DNA of 64,000 bases from Candidatus Poribacteria bacterium. Its GTDB lineage: Bacteria; Poribacteria; WGA-4E; PCPOR2b. The stretch spans positions 1,824,001-1,888,000 of the forward strand of contig OZ220744.1 of assembly GCA_965116925.1 (NCBI GenBank), in the 5' to 3' direction. Position numbers and translations under genes: made by a program. Under the pieces are notes generated by a model that worked only from the letters and a program-made list of their open reading frames with translations, had not been told where the DNA came from and did no database searches. Below are positions 37,896-47,583 of the stretch, piece after piece. Each line of letters opens with the position of its first letter. The stretch's first letter is position 1.

Positions 37896-38999
37896 TTAGA
37901 ATTTCAAACCCAAGCTCACACGATGTGCCCGTTGCAGAGGACCAAAGTCAGCAAACGCATAATCTAGGGACAACATTGTCGCAGCAAAATTCATGTGGAT
38001 ACCCAAGCCGAGCGTAAGTCCCTCTTCATCGTTACCGCTGTCGGGCCCCAAGCGGAGTTTATACCCCCCACGAATCGCCGCCATCTTTCTGTACCAATAC
38101 TCTAATCCGAAGTTGAGCCGTTCGCTGTTATCATTCGGATGATTGGCGTCAAGTGCAACGGTCAGGAGGTTATCCCCACTATCAAGCAGATCGTAGGCGA
38201 TGCCGAGCCGGAAGTTGGACGGCAACGGAAACTCTACGGTTTCTAGTTCAGCTTTTCGCGTCGGATTCGTCGTATCTGGATAGGGGCGATAATCCGCATT
38301 CCTAGAGTCACCCGCTTCTTCGGCACCGGTCATAAGATCTGGACCGCTGAAACGCATCTCAGGACCGAAGTTGGAGAAACACATCCCTATCCGTAAACTT
38401 CTCCAACCTGTATGGTATAAGGTTCCGACATCAAGGGCAACCCCGGTGGCACTCTCCCGATGGATCTGTTGATGGATATATTTAGCATTGACACCAAAGG
38501 AAAGATTTACCCCCGACTCTTTTTCGTAAAGCTGTCGAGAATACGCCACCGATACCGCTGCATCCCATGCAGAGTACCAAAGCCCCGTTCCATCAGGCTT
38601 TGCAAGCGTTGTGATTTCCGTATCGGGGACGTTGAGGAATGTAACGCTTGCCCCCAAGGTGCCTACCTTTTCTAGCGGCGTGGCAAACGCCAGGTAGTTG
38701 TACCGGGTATCGGCAAGCCATATCGTATGCGTGTCCGAAAAGCTAGTCTGCTTGAGTTGGCTTAGCCCAGCTGGATTCCAATAGATGGTGGTGGCATCGT
38801 TGGCAAGCCCGCCAAACGCACCTCCCAAGCTGTCCACCCGCGCTCCTGGTCCAATTTTCAGAAACTGTGCACCGGCAGTCCCTACATTCGTGGTTGCGTC
38901 ACTTGGAACTGTCCATAAAAACGTGACAGTAACTAAGAGCGTAAAAATTATTGAGGCGAATCGCCACATTACTGGATTCTTAAAAATAATTTTGTGCAT
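37896..38999 (-). CDS. PorV/PorQ-like outer-membrane beta-barrel
   Basis: Signal peptide, GTAGAQFLKIGPGAR...IYWNPAGL, LP..FRLG, and a C-terminal HRVSLGLKF beta-signal. Confidence 0.85.
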   Translation of the reverse strand: MHKIIFKNPVMWRFASIIFTLLVTVTFLWTVPSDATTNVGTAGAQFLKIGPGARVDSLGGAFGGLANDATTIYWNPAGLSQLKQTSFSDTHTIWLADTRYNYLAFATPLEKVGTLGASVTFLNVPDTEITTLAKPDGTGLWYSAWDAAVSVAYSRQLYEKESGVNLSFGVNAKYIHQQIHRESATGVALDVGTLYHTGWRSLRIGMCFSNFGPEMRFSGPDLMTGAEEAGDSRNADYRPYPDTTNPTRKAELETVEFPLPSNFRLGIAYDLLDSGDNLLTVALDANHPNDNSERLNFGLEYWYRKMAAIRGGYKLRLGPDSGNDEEGLTLGLGIHMNFAATMLSLDYAFADFGPLQRAHRVSLGLKF

Positions 39000-39023
39000 G
39001 TGCTTACCCTAGTTCATCCCCCT

Positions 39024-42017
39024 TTATCGAATAATCGAAAACCGGCCGATCTTATTCCCAATAACATCATTGCTGTCATCGCGTGCTTCAACATGATAGA
39101 TGTAGACGCCACTCGCAAGGGCTTGATTGTAGAGATTAAGAAGGTCAAATGTCTCCGTACCACCCTTGTCGCCCTGTGCTAAACGTTCATCCATATTGAA
39201 GGGTGAGAAACTTTCGTGTTCAATCTCTCGCACCAGTTCACCCACCAACGTATAAATCCGAATGGTACACCGCGGCGGCAGGTGCGTGAAGAAAATTTTG
39301 TCCGTTCCTTCAGCAGTCACAGCCCTATTCGTGATGAAGTAGGGATTTGGCACGACGCGGATTCGATCTAGATCTGCTTTGATATCTTCAGGGGCGAGCG
39401 ACGCGTCTTGTGTCGTCAACAGAAATTCGTCACCATCCCGCGGTGCGCTGATCCCCCCCATCTCAACAACGAATACATCCCCAGCAGAGATCTCATTGTT
39501 GGGATCCTTTATATAGACGTACCCACCCCGGATATAAATCCGGAAAAATCCCGGTGTGGCTTCCCGGCTATATGTGTCAACCCAACCTGCACCGAGAATT
39601 GCATATCCTTCGGCACGGTCGGGGTTGAACTGAATCTCCTCACCCGTATCTTCGTCCACCACTCTGACATGTGTATCATCAACGAACGTGATTGAGTACC
39701 TATGCGGACGGTAATACGTCGCCCAAAAGATGTTGGGCCAAGTGTTTTCGCCAACACCGGGAGATTGGATGTCCACCGACCACCCCGGAACAGAGCCTGT
39801 GGTCAGTTCCACGTTTTCGATCGGGTTTTCAGCTGGACTCCCGTAAGTCACATCAACCCCCGTTATCTTTAGAATGATTCCATCGAACATCGGAGAGAGC
39901 ACTTCAACAGCTTCGTGGTGAACAGGATCATACCACTCAAACGGTTGTGGTTCCACGACCGTTTGATCTGTTGTCATGTTGATAATCTCATAAGTGGGTG
40001 GTTGATAGCCGGGACCTGTCATATACGCAGCGGGCCCTATCTGCGTTGCGCCCTGCCAAACGATTTTATACTGATCCCCCGTCACCTTGTTTGGCGCGAG
40101 TACCATCGGTTCAACGGTGACAGTCCCTACCCCTTGACCTGCCACATCAGCAGCTGCCTCTCGATACCCAGCGGGTTGCGCGCGTGGAACAACATGAAGC
40201 ATCGTCTCAATCTGGCTGCTCTCCATTGAAATAAGTCCGGTTTTTGGGTTGCCGGTATCGAATGATGTCACCGCATAGGTGTATTGAATCCCGTTGGTCA
40301 ATCCTTCATCGGTGAAGAAATTCTTGATACCTGCATCTTCACCCAGCGCCTGTGAAGGTGTCGAAACAACGCGAAAAATATCGCCCGCCACAGGGGGACC
40401 TGAAGCACCATCCGTAATTGTTACATACAACCCCCCGAAGTAGATTAACGCACCGGAGCGATAGGTCCCGTCCGGATAAGGTTCTCCGGTGTTCGGATCC
40501 TTCACAATCGCATACCCCTCGCCGTTTGCTGGGAAGTCGGGATTATGCGCCATAACCTCCCATAGCGTTGTATTAATTATCTCGAAGGTGGTACTGGAAT
40601 TGAATTTGATTGCGTAGATAGCATTTTTGAAAAAGTCAGCAAAAAACGGTTCATCACCGCCGCTTGCAATGGTAGCATCTGACTGTTTCCCCACATGTGC
40701 GACCGTGAGGAAATTACCCGTCGCGCTCGGTTTGTCAAATTCCATCAGCATTGTCCAATCTTCCACCGGGCTGCCGGTATCTGGATCATACGAGGTATCT
40801 CGCCGATAGACTCTATAACCTTCAAAGATTTTCTCAGGATCGGTGGGATCCACATATTCGTCGATATTTTGCCCCATCCATTGTCCTTCACTTTCCCAGA
40901 CAAGCGTCACCTGTCCATCGGCGGGATAAGCGGTTACAACCGGGGATGGCGGCGGGGCAGGCGCAACGTAATCGTCGTCATACAGCTTCTGTGCCCAGTC
41001 CGCAGACGCTTGTAAACCGGCGAGTCCCTCACCGATAGCCACCGCTGTGACGATGGTGAACTCCTGTCCGGGCGCGAGCGATGCCACAGGTCCGTACGAC
41101 TGGACAAAACGCTGATCATCATAGTTTGCGGGGAGCGGGTCAACGCCGGGGACGCTGATATAAGCGTACATTTCCGCATCCGTCGTCGGATCAGTATTTA
41201 TCGTAATCCGTTTGTGCGCCGTAAAAGGAATTTTTGCCCCGGGGTCCTGCGGGTCATTCCCCACATACGCATCCAACACCCGCAAACCGATGTATCCGGG
41301 AGCAGAAGCGTTGGAGAACCCGTAAGAGAGATAGCGGTTCGGGTGGGCTTCGGGGTTGAGCGCGTCCGGCGTCTGATCCAATGCAATAAAGTCATCAGCC
41401 GAATAGCTCGCTGTACCTGTTTCGTTGCTAGACACATCTACATCATACCGGAACGCCATAAACAGGTCTTCAAGCGGCTCACCGCCAACGTTTTTGACCC
41501 TATATTCTAAAATAAAGAAATCGTAGAGCGGTGCATAACTCCACTGAAAGCCATCGACTACAATCTCTAAGCCGAGAATCAATCCCTGATTTGCATCGGG
41601 GTTCATATCGCTACACTTGAACATGATCGCTTGGCTTGTCGGTGTTCCTTTGGTAGTCACACCGGGCTTGTTTGAAATCACTTCAGGCACATCGTCGGTG
41701 GGCCAAATTTCGCTCTGTCTGCCATCGGATGTGGAGACACCAACCTCCCCACCTTTTTTGGCACCGATCCAGATATCGCCTTCATAGATGTAGGAATCGT
41801 TTGTGCCCGCGGGCCACCACCCTGAAGGGTTGGCGGTTGGGTTGGTGGGGTGGCCAACAACTGCGGTGTTGTAGACAGCGGACGACAGATTGCCTACATC
41901 CAATGCCTTCCAATCCACGGCAGCCATCACCGGCAGGATTGCTATAATCAGTAGCCCAGATATAAGGGCTACTCGTAGGGGCAGTGCTATATGCCTGCCC
42001 GGTTTCATATGTTTCAT
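39024..42017 (-). CDS. Large secreted protein with an Fn3-like module and a T9SS CTD-like C-terminal domain
   Basis: Signal peptide, PAPPPSP...VTLVW, FEGYRVYR, GLTNGIQYTYAVTSFD, and C-terminal IRVVPNPY...TIRIYTLVGELVR...LASGVYIYHV...KIGRFSIIR. Confidence 0.8.
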   Translation of the reverse strand: MKHMKPGRHIALPLRVALISGLLIIAILPVMAAVDWKALDVGNLSSAVYNTAVVGHPTNPTANPSGWWPAGTNDSYIYEGDIWIGAKKGGEVGVSTSDGRQSEIWPTDDVPEVISNKPGVTTKGTPTSQAIMFKCSDMNPDANQGLILGLEIVVDGFQWSYAPLYDFFILEYRVKNVGGEPLEDLFMAFRYDVDVSSNETGTASYSADDFIALDQTPDALNPEAHPNRYLSYGFSNASAPGYIGLRVLDAYVGNDPQDPGAKIPFTAHKRITINTDPTTDAEMYAYISVPGVDPLPANYDDQRFVQSYGPVASLAPGQEFTIVTAVAIGEGLAGLQASADWAQKLYDDDYVAPAPPPSPVVTAYPADGQVTLVWESEGQWMGQNIDEYVDPTDPEKIFEGYRVYRRDTSYDPDTGSPVEDWTMLMEFDKPSATGNFLTVAHVGKQSDATIASGGDEPFFADFFKNAIYAIKFNSSTTFEIINTTLWEVMAHNPDFPANGEGYAIVKDPNTGEPYPDGTYRSGALIYFGGLYVTITDGASGPPVAGDIFRVVSTPSQALGEDAGIKNFFTDEGLTNGIQYTYAVTSFDTGNPKTGLISMESSQIETMLHVVPRAQPAGYREAAADVAGQGVGTVTVEPMVLAPNKVTGDQYKIVWQGATQIGPAAYMTGPGYQPPTYEIINMTTDQTVVEPQPFEWYDPVHHEAVEVLSPMFDGIILKITGVDVTYGSPAENPIENVELTTGSVPGWSVDIQSPGVGENTWPNIFWATYYRPHRYSITFVDDTHVRVVDEDTGEEIQFNPDRAEGYAILGAGWVDTYSREATPGFFRIYIRGGYVYIKDPNNEISAGDVFVVEMGGISAPRDGDEFLLTTQDASLAPEDIKADLDRIRVVPNPYFITNRAVTAEGTDKIFFTHLPPRCTIRIYTLVGELVREIEHESFSPFNMDERLAQGDKGGTETFDLLNLYNQALASGVYIYHVEARDDSNDVIGNKIGRFSIIR

Positions 42018-42059
42018 TTTTCCTCCAAAAAAACAGGATAAGAGGTCCTACCTTACAAT

Positions 42060-42330
42060 AACCTAAGTTGCTAGGGCCATTTAGTTTTCGGTTTTTTGGC
42101 TGATTTCAGAATGACCCGAATCCGTAGGCGGGGCATCTTGCCCCGCCGTAGCTTTGACCGGGAGATCGAACTACGGGAGAATTATGGTGAATTCTAAAAA
42201 TAAATAGACACTTTCGCCCCTCGGTTTCGATCCCCCCGATAAATCGGGGTAAACTAATTATCGGGGTAGGTGCGGTTGCCTAACCGCACCGGACATTGCT
42301 CGGAAATTACCGAATTAAAAAAATGATCTT
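42060..42330. repeat. Cluster of intergenic repeat fragments and REP-like hairpins
   Basis: AACCTAAGTTGCTAG terminus, CGTAGGCGGGGCATCTTGCCCCGCC (42123-42147), CCCCGATAAATCGGGG, and GGTAGGTGCGGTT..AACCGCACC (42265-42290). Confidence 0.7.
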
Positions 42331-42630
42331 CATAAAGGGTAGGTCTGCACTAAAGTGTGGAGTAGTGAAATCGGCACTCAAGCTTGCAAAATCGTTCATA
42401 CAGCAACAAGGCATTCATCAGAGAAATCCTCAATGAACACGGGGTTTCGAGGCGTATTACCGATGTATGACATTTCTGGGTGTGCCTCGGATTTTGCCCA
42501 TAATTTCAGACATTTGATGCCTACCACACTTAACTGCGGTGCTACCTCATAAAGTTTGTGCTACAAAAAAGTGGCATTTATTATATGAAATGGTATAACA
42601 AACCTGATTTCTGTGTCGCAGCATGTCAGG

Positions 42631-43680
42631 CTACCTATTATTCCACATCTGGGCGCGGCGCATAAATACCAAGGGATCTGCCACCCATTCTGCATAGCCG
42701 ATGTTCTTGTTATCCGTCAGATAGTTCAGTTTTTCATCAATACAAGCAGCGAGTGCTGCATCTTCCACCGCTAGGGTAAATCCGCCGAGTTCAAACTGCT
42801 CATCAAGGGCGGTGACAACGAAGGTGTTACCAGAGACTTGGACGGCATCGCGATTTCCGATCTCTCCCCTTGCTATTGCGTCAACCCTCCCTGTGGCGAG
42901 GGCAGCCAGAAGGTCCGACTCCCCCACCTCATCCCCAAGATAAATGACTTGCGGCATATTATCCGAAGGTGGATAGAGATGACTCCGCCCTGCCAAATTT
43001 GGGGTGGCACCGGCGGCGGTAATCGTGTACGCCGCAGTGCCATCAGCAACGACAACCCCTAGCGGCGTCTCAACGCGCGTCCCCTCAACGAGAATACCGT
43101 TGGGGTCAACGAGCCCCGTCAGTTCCAGCAAACGTGCTTCTCCGGTCGTAGCGGAAAGCACACCCACGCGCACATCGCTCGTCAAATCCGCATGGGTGGC
43201 GAAACGTTCTACATCTTCAGTCCGCACCAAAAGCGACTGGCGAAACTTGATATGCCCCGACGTAAAAGTGATAACCGTGTTGCCGGTCACATCTCGGGTC
43301 CGAGAATCGAGAATCGTGATACCGCCGCCCACAATATCATATTCCGGTTCAGCAGACTTGAGCCAGATGTCCGGCCAGACCGCGATAGGGTAGCGGACAA
43401 AGGATAATCCTGCGCCTTGCATAGCCTCGAGTGCTGTCAACAGGTCTGCTTCATAGCCGAGATGCGTATTGAAAGCGTCGGAAGCAGGGTCTTCGTCAGC
43501 ACTGTAACTCACAGGCGAGAAATACGTGTAAAAACCGACGTTGAGGACTCGAGCCCCATCTGTGCAGGCCTGCGATGGCATAGCAGGTTGAACAATTTGC
43601 TGAAGTTGTTCGCAAGCGGAAAGCCCCACAACGAGAATAGCAATCGCTAACACAGATACGAATTTTGTGATTTTTTTAAT
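42631..43680 (-). CDS. Polar amino-acid-type ABC substrate-binding lipoprotein (start codon uncertain)
   Basis: IKKITKFVSVLAIAILVVGLSAC signal, LNVGFY..FSP, GYEADLL, GGITILDSR. The signal begins at ATT rather than ATG; the frame stays open to 43944. Confidence 0.7.
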   Translation of the reverse strand: MKKITKFVSVLAIAILVVGLSACEQLQQIVQPAMPSQACTDGARVLNVGFYTYFSPVSYSADEDPASDAFNTHLGYEADLLTALEAMQGAGLSFVRYPIAVWPDIWLKSAEPEYDIVGGGITILDSRTRDVTGNTVITFTSGHIKFRQSLLVRTEDVERFATHADLTSDVRVGVLSATTGEARLLELTGLVDPNGILVEGTRVETPLGVVVADGTAAYTITAAGATPNLAGRSHLYPPSDNMPQVIYLGDEVGESDLLAALATGRVDAIARGEIGNRDAVQVSGNTFVVTALDEQFELGGFTLAVEDAALAACIDEKLNYLTDNKNIGYAEWVADPLVFMRRAQMWNNR

Positions 43681-43729
43681 ATTCCTCTCGGTGCTTTTCC
43701 CACTGATAACTGGGGATGATAGTACCTTA

Positions 43730-43893
43730 ACAGTTCCATTGCTGGGAAAAACGGCGGCAATATCTGGCGTAAGACGGACAATATTTGTACCAGCAGCATA
43801 TTGCTCTGCATATTTCCCACGAATCCCATTGTTCAGGGATGTTTCGTCATACTCAGAACATAATCCGTCATTGGGTGCGGTTATATCAGTCAT
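43730..43893 (-). pseudogene. Degenerate BrnA-like antitoxin fragment, in frame with the binding-protein gene
   Basis: GLCSEYDETSLNNGIRGKYAEQYAAGTNIVRLTPDIAAVFP resembles the 'EYDF...GVRGKYA..Y..GTN.V.L.PDVA..FP' small-protein family. Confidence 0.55.
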
Positions 43894-43978
43894 TTTCGTA
43901 GTATTTATCGAAATTACTTGCTGCTTTGTTAGGATGCCATTCAAATTCCATGTTGTCGCCTTGAAAAGCCTACTCTTT

Positions 43979-46900
43979 CTAAAAATCCAAACTCACACCA
44001 ATCATAACCAACCGCGGCGAACTCCACGAGGCTGGACTGGAATGCTTTCTAGCGGTAAGCGGGATGCCATACCGGTCGTATGTCACCGGATCAAGCAGAT
44101 TGTCTAGATTTTTCGTGTTGAAGATGTTCCGAATATCCGCAAAGAGGGTATATATCACCCCACCAACCCGGCTTCGCTTACTAAGCAGCACATCAACATT
44201 GTAAGTTGGCGGATAACGCTTCGAGTTCACATCAGGTTTAATCGGCGCGCTCGGATTCGGGGTGTAGGGCAAACCGCTGCCGTATCGACCAATCAGATTG
44301 ATAGCACTGTCGAGGGGCAGTTGAATGTCCAACGTCCCAGAGACAACGTGCCGCTGATCCCAATCTAGGGGATGGCTTTCAGTCACTTCAGGTTGTTGCC
44401 GATAATAGGTCAAGTAGCCCAGGTTTCGACTGGAGCCTTTCCCCTTTGCAACGGAATAGGTATAACTGAGCATTCCAGAAACTGGACTATTCCCCGTGCG
44501 CCACTTGCGAACTGTCAACTCAAAGCCTTGAACCCGTCCGTAGATATCATTGATGAAATAGCTGTAATCGTTGGTGATGTCGACATGCACGCTACTCACC
44601 AGATTGTCAATATCCTTAGTGAACCCGGTGATGTCAGCCGTTAGGTCGTCGGCGAACTGCTGCGCGATTCCGACCTCATAAGCGATAGTTTTCTCCGGCT
44701 CCAAGTCGGGATTCCCGCGTCTACGGATCGCCCCCCGCATATCAAAATTGAGATTCTCGTAAAGATCATCGCCGCGCGGGATCTGGTAGTAGTGTCCATA
44801 CGTGAAGTGCAGCTTCGCCCGATCTGTTACCGGGAACGAGATGCCGAGACGTGGCGCGAGCATCTGTTTGGTGGAGGCCTCAACCGGGTTCTTGATAATG
44901 GGCAGCCCAACTGTGTAGACGCTTTTATCTAGCTTGATTGTTCCATCCTCATTGAGTTCAAGCGGATCCAAAGGATCTCCGGGTGAAACCCCGTCTGGAT
45001 TATACAGATCGTACCGCAATCCCGCATTGACGATCATTCCCGCATACTCCATCTTGTCTTGCAAGTATGCACTCAAGGAGCTAGGGGCTACATCATAAAA
45101 CTCCATGTAGAGGTTTGAGCTCCCCCAATTGGTTGTGCCGAGATTATAGATATCTTGTGCCGTGAAACCAACACCTGTCTGGATTTGGTGATTTTCTGTG
45201 ACTTGGCTGGCGAAATCCGCTTTCGCTATTGATGTCGTTGAATTGCGGTCAGTCCAGTTGTTATCGTCTCCTGCGATGTAGTAGGTTGTATCGTTGTACG
45301 CCTGTTGGGTTGGGTTTCTTATTCTTCCCGCTTCCTGATTCTCCTCAAAGGATTTGTCGGGGTCCCACGCGTTTTCATCAAACGTTTTATTCAACGGATC
45401 CCACAATTTATCCGGTTGATGGCTCTCAAAAGAGCGATGGAATTGCCCAAGCGTCAAGGTGTAGAAAGTACCGGAGTTGAGATTATGTGAGAGTTGCACG
45501 GAAAGGCCACGCCCATCTCTGTTCCCCACCGGAATCGCGCTGGGTAAAAAGCGCAGACCACCACCATAGGAGGTGGATTCCCGCTGATCGAAAAGCCCAC
45601 TCGCGGTAAGCTTAATTTCGGGAGTCACTTCAAACTTGAGTTTGCCCTGAAAGGTGTATCCCGTTGAATCAGCATTGGGGAGGAAACTTTCGTTTTGTTG
45701 CAGTTGGCTGGCAACCGAGAAGGTCAACCGGTTCCCCCATATCGGTCCGTTGAGAGCGAATTCCCCGATATGGCTCGGACTCAAATCATACGTTTTCGTA
45801 TCGTTGAATAACCCACTGTATTGGTTTAGATCCACGATGTAGCCATCGAACAGCGTAACCTGTTTCTTCTCATAGTCAATAACCGTGCCATCGGTGTCTC
45901 GATAAGGTTGACGCTCCATAATAACTTCACCCGCGGCATCCACCCTAGGCTCGCCTGTGGTGGGGTCAATAACAGGCAGCAATGGGTTTGCTGTCCTATC
46001 CGCATACACGCCGGGGACAATCTCCGTGAAAACGACCTGTGCATCCCCCTCTCGATCTGCCAACTCTTCGACCGTAGTGGGGTCTCCCCGATAGGGGGTT
46101 TGATAGCCGTAAGGTTCGCCGAGGAAGATCCCCCGGAAAGGTTCAAGTGCCACCGGTTGGAAGTCGTTGTCTGGATCTAACCACGGACCGTATACCGGAT
46201 CGCCGTGATGCGTCGCCCACTGCCCGACTCGATACCGGATTCGACCCGAAAACTTTTGGCTGCCAGCTTTCGTGATGAGATTGATCACGCCGGACTGTGC
46301 GTTACCGTGTTCTGCGTTGAATCCACCCGTGATGATTTCCATCTGTTCAAGGGCATTCGTGTTGATACTGATACCTAAACCGCTGCCAATTGGGTCATTG
46401 ACTGGGAGACCATCAATCAGATATTGAATCTCCATCGAACGACCGCCGCGAATATGGACCGCGCCGGAGGCGTTATTCACCGCCACGCCTGCCTGTGTTT
46501 GGAGAATCCCATTCACAGTATCGCGGGGCATGGCTTCGATATCTTCCGCTTCAATAATCCGTGTCGTTTGCGTAACATCTCGTTTAATCAGCGGTTTAGT
46601 AGCCGTTACCGTGACCTCTTCGAGCGTGACAACATCAGCAGCCTTTAGCGCGAAGTCTAAGGTTGTGGTAAGCCCGGCGAACACCTTCGCACCCGCCACC
46701 GTCTCCGTGCCGTAGCCGGTGAGTTCTGTTTTTACATCATAGCCGCCCGGCGGGATATTGATAAGGACATAATAGCCTGCCTCATTTGTCGTTGTGGTGC
46801 TGCTTGTTCCCACAAGTGTCACCGTGACATCTGCCAATGGTGCACCCGTTGCTTCAGCGGTAACCACACCTGAAACCTTCCCGGTGATGGCAGCAGAAGC

Positions 46901-47017
46901 GTCCCAGATACCCACCAACGCTACAAAAGCCACAATGAGTAGGAAGTAGGGATAGGCACTTATACCCGTCCTAATTCTATGAATCGTGTAACACGGTAAA
47001 TCATGTTTTCTTTTCAT
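43979..47017 (-). CDS. TonB-dependent receptor with an N-terminal carboxypeptidase-regulatory-like domain
   Basis: GKVSGVV, EEVTVTA, HIRGGR, GGFNAEHGNAQSGVINLITK, APRLGISFP, GNPDLEPEKT, terminal VSLDF. Confidence 0.92.
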   Translation of the reverse strand: MKRKHDLPCYTIHRIRTGISAYPYFLLIVAFVALVGIWDASAAITGKVSGVVTAEATGAPLADVTVTLVGTSSTTTTNEAGYYVLINIPPGGYDVKTELTGYGTETVAGAKVFAGLTTTLDFALKAADVVTLEEVTVTATKPLIKRDVTQTTRIIEAEDIEAMPRDTVNGILQTQAGVAVNNASGAVHIRGGRSMEIQYLIDGLPVNDPIGSGLGISINTNALEQMEIITGGFNAEHGNAQSGVINLITKAGSQKFSGRIRYRVGQWATHHGDPVYGPWLDPDNDFQPVALEPFRGIFLGEPYGYQTPYRGDPTTVEELADREGDAQVVFTEIVPGVYADRTANPLLPVIDPTTGEPRVDAAGEVIMERQPYRDTDGTVIDYEKKQVTLFDGYIVDLNQYSGLFNDTKTYDLSPSHIGEFALNGPIWGNRLTFSVASQLQQNESFLPNADSTGYTFQGKLKFEVTPEIKLTASGLFDQRESTSYGGGLRFLPSAIPVGNRDGRGLSVQLSHNLNSGTFYTLTLGQFHRSFESHQPDKLWDPLNKTFDENAWDPDKSFEENQEAGRIRNPTQQAYNDTTYYIAGDDNNWTDRNSTTSIAKADFASQVTENHQIQTGVGFTAQDIYNLGTTNWGSSNLYMEFYDVAPSSLSAYLQDKMEYAGMIVNAGLRYDLYNPDGVSPGDPLDPLELNEDGTIKLDKSVYTVGLPIIKNPVEASTKQMLAPRLGISFPVTDRAKLHFTYGHYYQIPRGDDLYENLNFDMRGAIRRRGNPDLEPEKTIAYEVGIAQQFADDLTADITGFTKDIDNLVSSVHVDITNDYSYFINDIYGRVQGFELTVRKWRTGNSPVSGMLSYTYSVAKGKGSSRNLGYLTYYRQQPEVTESHPLDWDQRHVVSGTLDIQLPLDSAINLIGRYGSGLPYTPNPSAPIKPDVNSKRYPPTYNVDVLLSKRSRVGGVIYTLFADIRNIFNTKNLDNLLDPVTYDRYGIPLTARKHSSPASWSSPRLVMIGVSLDF

Positions 47018-47040
47018 TTTTTATCCTCACTTTTGGTAAA

Positions 47041-47367
47041 CTACTCAAAGCTAGGTATTGCCTCCTCTAATGGTTCAATCGAAAGCCGCCAGCCAAGCGC
47101 ATTTAGAATGGTTCCGAGCGTATCGAGCGTTGGTGTGTTGTCGCTTGATAGCATCTTCAATACGGTTTGTGGTGCGGTATGGATTCGATTAGCAAGTTCA
47201 TGAATCCCGCCCTGCGCTTCAACAACGGTCTGTAGTGCTAGCATAAGTGCAGCAGTATCGCCATCAGTTTGGTATTCTTCTAGTGCCACTTGAAGGTAGC
47301 TAATTGCCTTCTCCCGGTCCGCAAACTTTTCAATTAGATATTCGCGCCATGTTCTCATTTCTCTCAT
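47041..47367 (-). CDS. Addiction-module antidote protein (HI1420-like HTH antitoxin)
   Basis: AISYLQVALEE, LALQTVVEAQGGIHELA, PTLDTLGTILNALG. Confidence 0.85.
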   Translation of the reverse strand: MREMRTWREYLIEKFADREKAISYLQVALEEYQTDGDTAALMLALQTVVEAQGGIHELANRIHTAPQTVLKMLSSDNTPTLDTLGTILNALGWRLSIEPLEEAIPSFE

Positions 47368-47376
47368 CGTTGTACC

Positions 47377-47526
47377 TCAATAGGTTTTGGCGCGTTCAAT
47401 GTCCCGTGTCTGCGATGACTTGTCACCACCACAGAGTAGAAGAACAACCGTGTTATTTATTTCACCGAAATAGACTCGATAACCGGCACCGAAATGGAGA
47501 CGTAATTCAAAAACACCCTCACCAAC
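47377..47526 (-). pseudogene. C-terminal half of a RelE/ParE (HI1419-like) toxin, 5' end missing
   Basis: Hand translation: [49 protein letters not shown]. No start codon or RBS; the fragment abuts the promoter -10. Confidence 0.85.
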
Positions 47527-47527
47527 T

Positions 47528-47557
47528 ATTATACCTTGACTTATCCGCACTCGTCAA
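47528..47557 (-). promoter_or_regulatory. TA-operon promoter with operator palindrome
   Basis: Minus strand TTGACG, 18 nt, TATAAT. TTGAC-N12-GTCAA inverted repeat at 47536-47557. Confidence 0.7.
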
Positions 47558-47583
47558 ACAATCTAGTTCTTTTGATAAATCTA

